Part shown: piece by piece, positions 50,295 through 62,270 of the stretch
How positions within the stretch are numbered: the stretch's first letter is position 1
Layout: the number at the start of each line of letters is the position of its first letter
Assembly (NCBI GenBank): GCA_964016885.1
Contig: OZ024759.1
Coordinates: forward strand, 16,864,001-16,928,000
Source: Eledone cirrhosa
Taxonomy: Eukaryota
DNA length: 64,000 nucleotides
Direction of reading: 5' to 3'
Notes under the pieces: model-generated
Seen by the model: the letters and a program-made list of their open reading frames with translations, nothing else
The model's database searches: none
What the model was told of the DNA's origin: nothing
Program-made: the position numbers and the translations under genes

Positions 50295-50635
50295 GATATA
50301 TATATATAGAAAATATCAAATTTTCGTAAAGTCTTTTTTGTCTTTCTGATACCAACTTATCTGAAACCCCAGCTGGTTTTTATGATACAAAACTTCTTGT
50401 TTTTAAGGTGTTCATATTTGAAGTTAAACCTTCCATCATAATTTTATGTATGAACCTTTGTTGAGTTATGTTCCAAACCCTAGATTAATAATGTCCAAGT
50501 TACTTATATTACTAAATCTTTCCAAATTCTTATTTTCAGTATGATTTGGAAATTATAAGAAGTGTCTTATATTAGAAATAAAGTAGCAACTGGCTTGGTT
50601 TCTACAGCTGGATGCCCTTCTTAACGCTAACCACA

Positions 50636-51673
50636 CAACCACTTTACAGTGTTGGTAGGGCATTATTTGTTGTCACAACAACACAACCACTTTTCAGTGT
50701 GAAATGGGCGCTTTTTGTTATGATACCAACATGACCACTTTACAGTGTGGACTGGACACTTTTTGTTATGACACCAACATGACCACTTTACAGTGTGGAC
50801 TGGGCACTTTTTGTTATGGCACCAACATGACCACTTTACAGTGTGGACTGGGCACTTTTTGTTATGACACCAACATGACCACTTTACAGTGTGTACTGGG
50901 CACTTTTTGTTATGACACCAACATGACCACTTTACAATGTATACTGGGCACTTTTTGTTATGACACCAACATGACCACTTTACAGTGTGGACTGGGCACT
51001 TTTTGTTATGACGCCAACATGACCACTTAACAGTGTGTACTGGGCACTTTTTGTTATGACACCAACATGACCACTTTACAGTGTGGACTGGGCACTTTTT
51101 GTTATGACACCAACATGACCACTTTATAGTGTGGACTGGGCACTTTTTGTTATGACACCAACATGACCACTTTACAGTGTGGACTGGGCACTTTTTGTTA
51201 TGACACCAACATGACCACTTTACAGTGTGGACTGGGCACTTTTTGTTATGACACCAACATGACCACTTTACAGTGTGTACTGGGCACTTTTTGTTATGAC
51301 ACCAACATGACCACTTGACAGTGTGTACTGGGCACTTTTTGTTATGACACCAACATGACCACTTTACAGTGTGGACTGGGCACTTTTTGTTATGACACCA
51401 ACATGACCACTTTATAGTGTGGACTGGGCACTTTTTGTTATGACACCAACATGACCACTTTACAGTGTGGACTGGGCACTTTTTGTTATGACACCAACAT
51501 GACCACTTTACAGTGTGTACTGGGCACTTTTTGTTATGACACCAACATGACCACTTGACAGTGTGCACTGGGTGCTTTTTGTTATGATACCAACATGACC
51601 ACTTTACAGTGTGGACTGGGCACTTTTTGTTATGACACCAACATGACCACTTTACAGTGTGGGCTGGGTGCTT
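50636..51673 (-). repeat. 45-bp tandem array (about 23 copies) of the SINE-derived unit, attached to a SINE tail at 50590-50635
   Basis: CTGGGCACTTTTTGTTATGACACCAACATGACCACTTTACAGTGTGGA. Confidence 0.95.
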
Positions 51674-52824
51674 ATTATAGCTTTATGGAAAAACCATTGT
51701 TAAGTTATTTGCCAAATTCTGGATAACTTTTCAAAATGATTTGAAAATCATAAGCTGTCTTTTATTAGATATATGGTAACAAAAGTGATAAATCAAATGT
51801 AAACATTGTTACAGAAAATATTCTAGCTACATTTCTCTCGTATTACATCATTTTCGTATCTCTGCTGCTGTTGTGGGTTTAAATTAAGGCATTGTTGCTG
51901 AGAATTGTTACAGGTGTTCTTTTGGTACACATGCCGGTTCATATATCCCAAGAGAACATCATCCTCAGCATTAAATGGAGTATCCTGAACTTGGCACCTC
52001 CTTACCACCATGGGGACCGCAACTGCTAACTTTGCTTCCATGAGGGGTTGCACATATTGCAGCAACATGCGATATCTATCAACAGGAAAACTGATTTAAC
52101 CCTTTAGTATTTACATAACACTATATTTACTATTGTATTTTCACGATAAACACTTTATTTCACATAATTATCTCACATAATATTGAATCTACGAGATTTT
52201 GATATTATTTATTTTGAGAACAATACCTTAAGTATTAATAGACAGTTATGGTCAGTTTGAACAGAAAGAGGCGAGAGAATTCTGGACGGTTTAAATGCTA
52301 AAGGGTTAACATTTTACAGCCATAATAGAAACTCCTTGTTAGACAATACCAAAGGTGAAAGTACGTGGCCTAGGAGTTAGGGTGCATGTGTCTTTTGTAT
52401 GTACAGAGCAGATAGCCTTTATCATTTGAACTGGTGGTATGATAGGGGTATCCAGTTGGCGTTCTATGCTTGTATTAAGATGGTGAAATAGGAGAAACTC
52501 TGTTGAGTGTGATGAAGAGTTATGTCCCTTTATCGTCTCAGGTTTAGAGCCTAATAGCGCTCTCTATTATGTCTTTCATTCCACGACTGTGAGTGTGTGT
52601 GTCTGTATCTGAGGTAGTGTGTATGTGCAAATGTCTGTGAAGGTAAGTGTGTGCATATATGCATCTGTATGTGTGGATGTGGTTATATATGTCTGTGAAC
52701 GTGAGAAAGAGATATTAGAGGAGGAATCGACCCCAGGACTAGACTGGTATTTTTAAATTGAAAATATTAATCATCAAAATTTCTCCCATTTCAGAACACA
52801 GTCAATTTCTTGTAGGCTCGTATA

Positions 52825-53785
52825 CAGTGTTTTCCCTATTATAAGAAAGGTCTTATATTATTTTTCCTTGAAAAGAAAAAAAGGCACTAGGGCTTATTTT
52901 TGGGGTAGAGCTTACTTTTTTACACAGAAAATAAGAGCACAAGAGTTTTGATAAAAGTATCATTATACTGATGTCAAATTATATTATAGAATATCATTAA
53001 AAGAAAGTATTATGCCTCTCACCATATTGCAGTTTTGGTGGTCTTATTTGTTCAGTCACCAATCTGGTGCTTTCTCAAACCCACAAATTATGTGCAAGAA
53101 TTGCTAGAGCTGGTGCAGTAATGCGCTAGCTTCAGCATTCGGTAATCAGAAGAAGGGAGGTGGACATAAAAGCCAAACTTGCTACCTTCAATTCGGTATT
53201 CGTGCCAACCCTTACCTATGGTCATGAATCTTAGGTAATGACTGAAAAAATACAAGTGGCTGAAATGGAGTTTCTCTAAAAGGTCTTTGGAGTAATGTTA
53301 GAGAGCATAGTTTGGAGATTAGAGAGTTGCTTCAGGTAGAGCCACTACTTCTCTGAATTGAGAGATCACAGCTCTGATACTATGGGCATGTGGTTAGAAT
53401 GTCTTAGGAAAGAATTGCTAGACAAATTTTATGAGCAAAACCAACCGGCAGGAGACCCAGGGGTAGACCCCGAGCAAGATGGTTGGATAACATCCAGGAG
53501 CTTGGCTGATCTCGCTTGGGGATCCAGCCGGATCAGTTGGAGACAGTTGCTTCTGACAAGACCCACTGGAAGGAGTGTTTGAGGACTCTTCCCCCATGAC
53601 CCTATCAGGAAAAAGTGGGTGAAGAACAAGAAGAATCTATTATATTAGTATTCAGCAAGACTCTGGAAATCTGCATTTTATATTAATTTTCCTCACAAAA
53701 ATATGCTAGGGCTTACATTAGACAGCAACATAAAAACCATGCTAGGTGTTATTTTTGGAGTAGGTCTTATGATAGGGGAAACATG
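52825..53785. mobile_element. Tc2-like non-autonomous DNA element interrupted by an RTE LINE 3' fragment (about 53135-53635, + strand)
   Basis: Ends CAGTGTTTCCCTATTATAAGA / TCTTATGATAGGGGAAACATG; the insert matches the 23393-23833 family. Confidence 0.65.
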
Positions 53786-54316
53786 ATATTGTCCCCCCAC
53801 CCCCATACAGTAAAATCAACCTGATTTTGTCATCGTGTGTTCTTAAATAGTTCTCAAATAATTGTGATTAATTATGAAATATGTTACTTAACTCTTTAAT
53901 GTTCAAACCAGCCACAATTCTCTACCTTTTTCTGTTGAAACTGGCTGTAACCGGTCGCTCAAACTGATGTTAAGGTATTGTTCTCAAAATAAATACTTTC
54001 AAAATCTCATAGATTCGATATTATGTGAGATAATTATGCGAGATAAAGCCTTTACCATGAAAATATAATAGTATATATAGAATAATGTGAATGCTAAAGG
54101 GTTTAAATTTATTCTAATACACATTTTCATTATCATAATACATAATTACATTATAGATAATTGGCTGCTGATTAATAGGTAATTAAGCATTTTGCTAAAT
54201 TGTCTCTCTCGTTGATAGACAAAATTCTACAAGTGTCTTCCAGTGGAATGGGAGAGAAATTTTACCATAAATTGGGAATGTGTTTTATATATATATATAC
54301 ACACACACATGCCCGA

Positions 54317-54361
<45 letters not shown>

Positions 54362-54667
54362 TCTGTATGTATGTATACACACATTTGTATATATATACAT
54401 TCACATAACACCAGACAACAGTAAGAACACACAAAATGTTAAACCACTCTTCATTCCTGACAATTAGTAACAGCCTCCTCCCTCTCACACCTTCACTGCC
54501 ATGTTTTTCGTTTATTATATTTTTCTTTTTAGATTTAATTTTCTTTGTTAAAATGTCTTGTTTGTATTCTTAAATCTGGCACACTGTAAAAAAACTTGTT
54601 TGGCAACTGATCTCAACCAATGTATCTTCTCAGTCTGTCTGTTTGTCTTTCTTGGTGTGTGTGTGTA

Positions 54668-55470
54668 GTGAAGGTGTATGGCGTAGTGGTTAGGGTGTTC
54701 TTCGGTACATGATTGTACAGTCGAGAGTGCGATTCCTAGACAACGGGGCAGCCTATGGTGTATTTGAGCAAGGCATTTTATTTCTTGTTGATCCAGTCCA
54801 ATCCAGTCAGCTGGGAAAATATGAGTTTTACCTGTAATTGAAAAGAGCCAGTATTGTCACATACTGTGGCATGCTGAATCTCCCTGAGAACTACATAAAA
54901 TGTACACATGTCTGTGGAATACTCAGCCACTTATATTATAATACCCAATGGATTGTATCTATAATTCAAAAGTCCATCCTTGTCATGTCCTGTGGCATGT
55001 TGAATCTCCCTGAGAACTACATTAAATGTACACATGTCTGTGGAATGCTCAGCCACTTATATTATAATACCCAATGGATTGTATCTATAATTCAAAAGTC
55101 CATCCTTGTCATGTCCTGTGGCATGTTGAATCTCCCTGAGAACTACATTAAATGTACACATGTCTGTGGAATGCTCAGCCACTTATATTATAATACCCAA
55201 TGGATTGTATCTATAATTCAAAGGTCCATCCTTGCCATATACTGTGGCACGTTGAATCTCCCTGAGAACTGCGTCAAAGGTACATGTGTTTGTGGGATAC
55301 TCAGCCACGTACACTGTAATGTAAAATGAACTGTACCTGTAATTCAAAGGGCCAGGTTTGTCATACACTGTGTCATGCTGAATCTCCCTGAGAACAACAT
55401 CAAGGGCACATGTAAGTGTCTGTGGAATGCTCAACCACTTGCACAATAATTTAACGAGCAGGATATTCCA
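54668..55470 (+). mobile_element. tRNA-derived SINE whose 3' part is amplified as about 4.5 tandem 126-bp units
   Basis: Head GGCGTAGTGGTTAGGG; TGTGGCATG.TGAATCTCCCTGAGAAC at 54865, 54991, 55117, about 55243 and about 55369. Confidence 0.75.
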
Positions 55471-56129
55471 TTTTTGGGGATTTTTTTTTAACAACTGGAA
55501 CACTCGTTGAAGAAGCTCAACGACAACAACAACATTTTTATGTATATGTGTATGTGCATATGTATATGTATGTATGTATATGTGTATGTATGTGTGTGTG
55601 TATGTATATGTGTATGTATGTGTGTATGTATGTATGTATATGTATGTATGTATGTGTATGTATGTATGTGTGTATGCATGTGTGTATGCTTGTGTTTATC
55701 AATGTGAATATGTATCTATCTACATGCCTGCCTGTGTATTTGTTGTCTCCCCCCCCCCATATCCCTCTGTCTCTGTCCCTCTTACCCCCTCCCCCTGTCC
55801 TCCCCCTCCTTCCTGTTCCATGTACATACAAACCTAGAAATTGTGAATTGCTATTTAAACTGCAACCACCAACACCACCACCACCAACACCTTCTACTCT
55901 TTCAGCGGTGGTGGTCATGGTTGCAGTTTAACAAATGATCTTTAAAGAAATATATCTTTTAAATAAACGCTGTAAATAAATAATAATAATAAAATTGTCT
56001 TTTATCTTTCTCTCTCTATCTATCTTTATCTCTCTCTCTTTCTCTCTCTCTATATCTCTCTATCTCTCTCTCTCTCTCTTTCTCTCTCATCTTTTGTGTT
56101 TGTTTTGTTTTAATCCATTTATTTATATA

Positions 56130-56590
56130 TTTGATGGAGTGTGGCTAGGGTTTGATGGAGTGTGGTTGGGGTTTGATGGAGTGTGGCTAGGGTTTGATGG
56201 AGTGTGGTTGGGGTTTGATGGAGTGTGGCTAGGGTTTGATGGAGTGTGGTTGGGGTTTGATGGAGTGTGGCTAGGGTTTGATGGAGTGTGGTTGGGGTTT
56301 GATGGAGTGTGGCTAGGGTTTGATGGAGTGTGGCTAGGGTTTGATGGAGTGTGGTTGGGGTTTGATGGAGTGTGGCTAGGGTTTGATGGAGTGTGGTTGG
56401 GGTTTGATGGAGTGTGGCTAGGGTTTGATGGAGTGTGGCTAGGGTTTGATGGAGTGTGGTTGGGGTTTGATGGAGTGTGGCTAGGGTTTGATGGAGTGTG
56501 GCTGGGGTTTGATGGAGTGTGGCTAGGGTTTGATGGAGTGTGGCTAGGGTTTGGTCGAGTGCAGTTAGGGTTTGATGGATTGTGGTTAGT
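56130..56590. repeat. 21-bp G-rich minisatellite GTTTGATGGAGTGTGGYTRGG
   Basis: Direct observation; source of the FDGVWLG repeat ORF. Confidence 0.95.
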
Positions 56591-56699
56591 TATTGATGAT
56601 AATGATAATAATGAAAATTGTGTACTGTGCTCAGGTGCACTACAACTCATCAAAGGTGTATGTATAGAACATAGAATAATGTGCAAAGGTCAGGAAAGT

Positions 56700-57935
56700 G
56701 AACAGTGTGTGAGTCATGATACACATACACACATGCGTGTGCATGGAGGGGGCAATATCAGGTGTAGTGTTGGCGCATTTAGAGAAGCATGGAAGCTTTC
56801 AAGGATGCAGTGTCCCGACATCTAACAACTAATGCATTTAGTTTGTTCCATGCTTCAGCAAATCTGAGCATGAAAAAATGTTTCAGAAAGTCATGGGAGC
56901 TGTACTGTTATCAGATTAAACGCAAGATATGCAGGAAAATATGGAGATTAGAGAATTTAGAAGCTAAAGGACCTTCCAGTTAAATATAGGTTTAGAAAGG
57001 TCTAAGAAGATGTATTTGATGAGAGGGGTGATGAGTTAGATACATATAATGTATCTGGAAATTCTTGGGTGACAAACTTTTGCGAACTACTGATGGGACA
57101 TTTAGCTTGAGTAAAGCACCAGCCAGACGGGGGGTGATCTGGTGGTGGAGCAGCACAGTGGATAGAGTCATTAAAGACAAGAAACAGGCATGGAAAGACT
57201 GGAAAAATGAGAGTAGCAGAGACTGGTACCATGTAGCTAAGAGAGAAGCTAGATGACAAGTATACACAGCTCTGAGAGAGGCTGAAAAAAGAAAATTTGC
57301 CAATGTCTTGTGATGTGAGGATCAGAAACATGAAATGCTCAGCCATCACAAGGCAGTTTGTCAGTGTGAATCGGGATGCTGTTTGGAAAATGTATGTTAG
57401 AAATGACATTCGTGCACTTAGCACCACTGATGCTAAAAAGAAGGAGGCCTGGAAATGTTACTATGTGAGACTAATGAATCCAGAGAAAGAACAAGTATGT
57501 AAAAGATGCACAGAGTTAATTGATGGGAAGAGCAACAGCAATATAAACTGTTTTAAGTCATAGGAAAGATCCATAGAAGTAGTTGATACTTTCTACTATC
57601 TGGGTGACTTAATTGGCAGCAGAGAAGTGTTTTCTGAGGGCATAATACCTAGAATAAGGATAAGCAGTTTAGAAAGCTACTCCCACTGTTAACAACAAAG
57701 GGTTAATGGTGGCTGTGTGTGAAGTGCAATGCTGCATGGTAGTGAAACATGGACAGTGACTGCAGAGATGTGTAGAATGGAGAGAAATGAAGTGACCATT
57801 CTTCATTGGATGTGCAATGTAAATGTGAGAGTAAGGCAGAACTTGAATGAAATGAGGGAGAAGCTGAGTTTAAGAAGAATCCAAAGTTGTGTGCAACAAA
57901 GAAGGCTGTGTTGGTATGGGCATATGTTGCAGTCA
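56700..57935 (+). mobile_element. Decayed RTE-clade LINE fragments
   Basis: WWWSSTVDRVIKDKKQAWKDWK; FYYLGD; MLHGSETW...ERNEVTILHWMC...RLCWYGH, broken by stops and frameshifts. Confidence 0.8.
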
Positions 57936-58399
57936 ATCTGAGCATTGAAATCCCCGATCAGTAGTTTGATATCCTGGCTGGGCAAGTTGTTGAATGTGCC
58001 CTGCAGCCATTCATCAATAGGTGTGTTGGCCTGAACAACAGTGATTTTCGCATACCTACTCCGAAAAAGAAGAGGTTATGAAACATTCGCTGACTGGCTC
58101 CCATCTGATCAACGCTCAAGTTTTTTGGGCGCTAAACACAAGTCCAACACCACGGACGTGCTTGTCTTGGTGACCGGAGTAGAACAGAGTTGTGCCTCTG
58201 CTGCCAATCTAGTGCATTACACTCGTGCCCAGAAACTAGGGTCTAACTCCTGCAGAATCTGGCTTATCAGATCCCCAACATTCTTGGATGTATATACACA
58301 TATATATGTATATAAATCCATATATATTTATATGGATGTAGATACAAATATGTATGTGTATATATGTATATTTATTTATATGTATACATATGGAAGGAA

Positions 58400-58705
58400 A
58401 ATCCTAGCGTCCACATACTCCCTCCACAACACTAATATCAAGAAGTCTTCTTGTGAACGTGACCTGGGCTGGGCATTACTGTCAACAGCGATTTGCATTG
58501 TCCAAAGCACATCTCTAAAATTGTTAAGAAGGCCGAGGGTGATTTGGCAAGACCATTGTCAGCTGCTCTTCAGCAACATACAATTTACATCAGCAGTCTG
58601 GACACCCTATCTTGCTCCGAACATTGACCTCCTAGAAACTGTTCAGAGAATACCCTCCATCAGGCATCTCCCATACTATGAACGCCCTAGTTCCCTGAAC
58701 ATGTA
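58400..58705 (+). mobile_element. Decayed CR1/L2-like LINE RT C-terminal fragment
   Basis: SCERDLG...SAVWTPYLAPNIDLLETVQR...LPYYER motifs. Confidence 0.65.
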
Positions 58706-59185
58706 TACATGTGTCGGAAGATCGAATTGTTGCGAGGGCACGCGGCCTTGGTAGCCGGGACTATTTGTATGCTGGATCTCGCGGTCAATCGTATTTTTAT
58801 CTAAATTTGATGAGAGTTATCTCTCTTGATTTAGAGTTATTTCCCCTTTGTAAAACTCTTTTTTTTTTGTTGACTTCCGGTTCTTCGAAAAAAATCATTT
58901 TGGATATCGTTTTTATTTAAAAAGGTATGTAATGTTTTCTTTGCTGTATACTATCTAAGAAACTATACATTTTATTAAATACACACTCTATGTCAATAAC
59001 TCAATATTATGTTCATGTGAAGAGGTATTTTATGTTTTATTTACTGTGGTTTTCTGGCACATCTTCACCCACTCGACACATACTTTCTTTTAAACTAAAA
59101 AAACTACACATACAAATCATTCTAAATTATCTCGACTCTATACATCTAAGAAATATAACTCGCATTTCTCTTTCATTCTTTATTG

Positions 59186-59410
59186 GGTAATTTACTATTT
59201 TACGTTCGTAAACTAAACGATTCCCGAATGTCAATAGAAAATAAAAAAACTTTATTAAAATTAATACAATAAACTTTATTAAAATTAATAAAAATGACTG
59301 ATAACTTGCAGCATTTTCAATTGTTATCAGTAATTTGTATTTATTTTAATAAAGTTTTTTATTGACATTCGGGAATCGTTTAGTTTACGAACGTAAAATA
59401 GTAAATTACC
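59186..59410. mobile_element. Merlin-like MITE, 225 bp, perfect ~50-bp outer TIRs starting GGTAA, 8-bp TSD CTTTATTG
   Basis: TSD at 59178-59185 and 59411-59418; TIR GGTAATTTACTATTTTACGTTCGTAAACTAAACGATTCCCGAATGTCAATA. Confidence 0.8.
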
Positions 59411-59499
59411 CTTTATTGAATACATTCTGTCAACACTGACAGATATTCTAGAGACACAAAAATACGTTTTACCATCTTCTATTCTTAGAGACATACATA

Positions 59500-60425
59500 T
59501 AAAGCTATGCTGTTGAGTTGGCGTAAGCTTTTTACAATAGGTTGGTGTATTTTTTGTTAATTGAAATCTCGTTTAAAAGTTGCCACAAGCTGGGTAGTTT
59601 CACGTTGTCAAAAGCTTTTGTGAAATCAATGAATGATGTGCATAGGGTTGTTGAATTCTTTTGATTTCTCAATAGCTAGGATCTGCTCAATGGAGCCTAT
59701 TCTAGTGTGTGTTTCAGGAAATGAGGCGTAAAGGTCTGACTTCACTCGTGCTGCAATGATACTCATGAAAAGCTTGTAAACGTGACTCGGTAAGCTGATA
59801 GTTCCCACAATCAAGTCTGCTACCTTTTTCGGAGAGTACAACTATCAATGCTTTCTTGAACATGACTGGGCTTTTCCCTGTAGTGATAATACAGTTAAAG
59901 AGATGTTAAAGTACTTTGATAATTGGTTCACCCCTAGCTTTGATGAATTCAGAATATATGTTGTCCAGTCCAGGGCCTTTTCCTCGCTTCAAATGTTTGA
60001 TGGCATGAGATATCTTACTAGCTAAGATAGATGGAATGGTATCTGATGTCGAATCATGAATGGTAGTTTGTTCTGAGTTGCTGAAGTACAGTTCTTCATA
60101 GAATTTAGCCCAGCGTCCAAAGAAACTTACACCAACTCAACAATATATATCAAAACAGACTTGGGAACTACACTCTGTATAGACATCTTAAAGCGAGTTA
60201 AACGGGGGGAGGGAGGTACTATCAACACTTCTTTCCTGTATAGTTATAGTTGTACTTATCTACCAAACTGAAGGAGAATGCTGGCTATCAAATAGGAGGT
60301 AAAATCATAACAAATCTTAGCTATGCAGACGATCTGGCCATCATAAACTCTAGAAGTGATCTGCAAGACTTCCTTAATGTACTGACCAAACATTCGCTGG
60401 AGCCTGGTTTACACATCAACGTGGG
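59500..60425. mobile_element. RTE-like LINE RT fragment with a 5' inversion (minus 59500-60118, plus 60119-60425)
   Basis: Minus part: KGPGLD, ISLPSHVYKLF, IEKSKEFN, DFTKAFD. Plus part: GKIITNLSYADDLAII. Confidence 0.75.
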
Positions 60426-60569
60426 AGTGGCGAAGTTTCTGTTAATAAAGAAGTTAACATATATATGAATCGTGTTCAGTTTATTTTGACAAAAATGAAT
60501 AAAGTTTACATTTTATATACGAATTGTGTTCAGTTTATTTTGGCAAAAATGTATTTAAAAAATCAAGAG

Positions 60570-61665
60570 TCGGCAAGAAACTGAGTAAGACGTACTACTG
60601 TTGAGGAACTGCTTCGCCATGCCGAAGCTCCTCTATACCCTTTGCAGCACTCCGTGCTAAACTTACCCATCTCTCCTCGCTGACCTCGATACTTGTATCC
60701 GAGAAGCAGTCGAGGTGATATGCAACATCAAGTTTGACGACATTGGATGGCAACAGGCCACTTTACCTGTCAGGTATGGCGGCCTTGGCCTCCGGTTCCC
60801 GATCTCACTGGCTTTGCTGGCATATCTTTCGTCGGTAACCGCGTGCCGAGTCCTCGTCAGCAGGGTTCTTCTAAAAACAATATAACCCTCTGTGTTCAGA
60901 GAACGTGAGGCCGCCTGTGGGACCCAGCCCAGTAGACGTCTCTCCCTGTTGACGTCAAGTCCCCCCAAAGCACTTCGGATGCCATCTCGTGCAGCCTGGC
61001 CTCAGACAGGCTCACGCGCCAGCATCGCCTTTCCTGTTTTCGTGCGGCCTCCAAACCCCACAGTGGTGTCTGGCTCCACGCCCTGCCCTCCTCCATTGGC
61101 ACGCAGCTAGACAATAATAGCCTGCGCATTGGCGTTTCCTTGAGGCTCGGCCTCCGGATCTGTGAGCCACACCAATATCGCTGCGGAACCACCGTGGACC
61201 CTTCGGGCCTCACCCCACTTTCCTGTCGCCGCCCACCTTCCACACCATGCTACCCTCAACGAGGTCATAAAGGATGGTTTGGACGCTGCAGGCTTCCCTT
61301 CCCAGCTGGACTGAGGGGACGGCAAAAGGCCAGATGGCATGACCATCTTCCCGTTCCGCGGTGGCAAACCCCTCGTCTGGGATGCCACTTGCACCGACAC
61401 TTTCTGCAGTCTGCGATTAACCCGGGTTCTGCTGCACGTCGGGCTGAGGAGGCTAAACTCCTCAAATAGCGGTCGCTCTCCGACAGGTTTGCGGTTGTAC
61501 CCCTGGCAGTAGAGACTTCTGGTGTCGCTGGCCCTAGGGCTACCTCCCTACTCACCACCATAGGCGCTGAGCTGGCCAGCCGCGAGTTGGAGTGGCTTTT
61601 CCAGCTCATCTCCCTCCGGAGAAACGCCTCTATTCTGACCGCCGGGACTGTGGGGGGCTCCATCG
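60570..61665 (+). mobile_element. Decayed CRE-clade non-LTR retrotransposon 3' region (restriction-like endonuclease)
   Basis: Across frameshifts: [77 protein letters not shown]. Confidence 0.8.
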
Positions 61666-62109
61666 CGTATCATTCCATATTTAGTTGTGGTCGGTGTGTG
61701 TTTGTATATATTGCTTTTGTTTTCATTCAGCATCATGTCATTCTTAAAGAAAGAAACTGAGAATGTATATGAAGTTTCTAAATAAGGAATGTAGATTAAG
61801 TTTCTTAAGAAAGACACTAAGAATGTATAGGAAGTGTCTAAATAATGTGGAAAAGGTGTTTTTTTTTAATTTTTGAAAAAAAAATCATTGAGAGTTCAAA
61901 TCCAATAGTCGTCCAAGAATGTAGTAACCATCAAGGGTTCTAAGTATCAAGATTGTAATAAGAACCTTCAAGTATGTAAGGAAAGTATCGAAGGTTCGAA
62001 TCTAACTGCCTTCCAAGAATTACATATATTCGTAATTATAGATTAACTTCTAGTGCTGTAGCATGACCGGGCTGTTTAGATGGTGCTGTAGCATAGCCAG
62101 GATACTTGG

Positions 62110-62270
62110 AACATGCGCACTGAGTTTCTAAATCTTGCGCTTGCGCATTCTACTACATCCAAATCAAGAAAAAAAAAATGGCCGTCAGTTTGTAGAATTT
62201 TACAAGCTTTACAAAAACTCTTACTAAATGGTTTAACAATGGACAATTGCTGCTTTCTGAAAGGTAAGGT
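62110..62270 (+). promoter_or_regulatory. Candidate promoter and first exon of a downstream gene (donor AAG|GTAAGG after 62263)
   Basis: ATGCGCA and TTGCGCA (NRF1-like), AAAATGGCC (YY1-like), ATGs at 62178 and 62239, strong donor; no protein homology recognised. Confidence 0.4.

Noticed and set aside
51823-52068. 81-aa minus-strand ORF in unique sequence
   Set aside because: No recognisable domain or supporting exon structure; may be UTR or intergenic.
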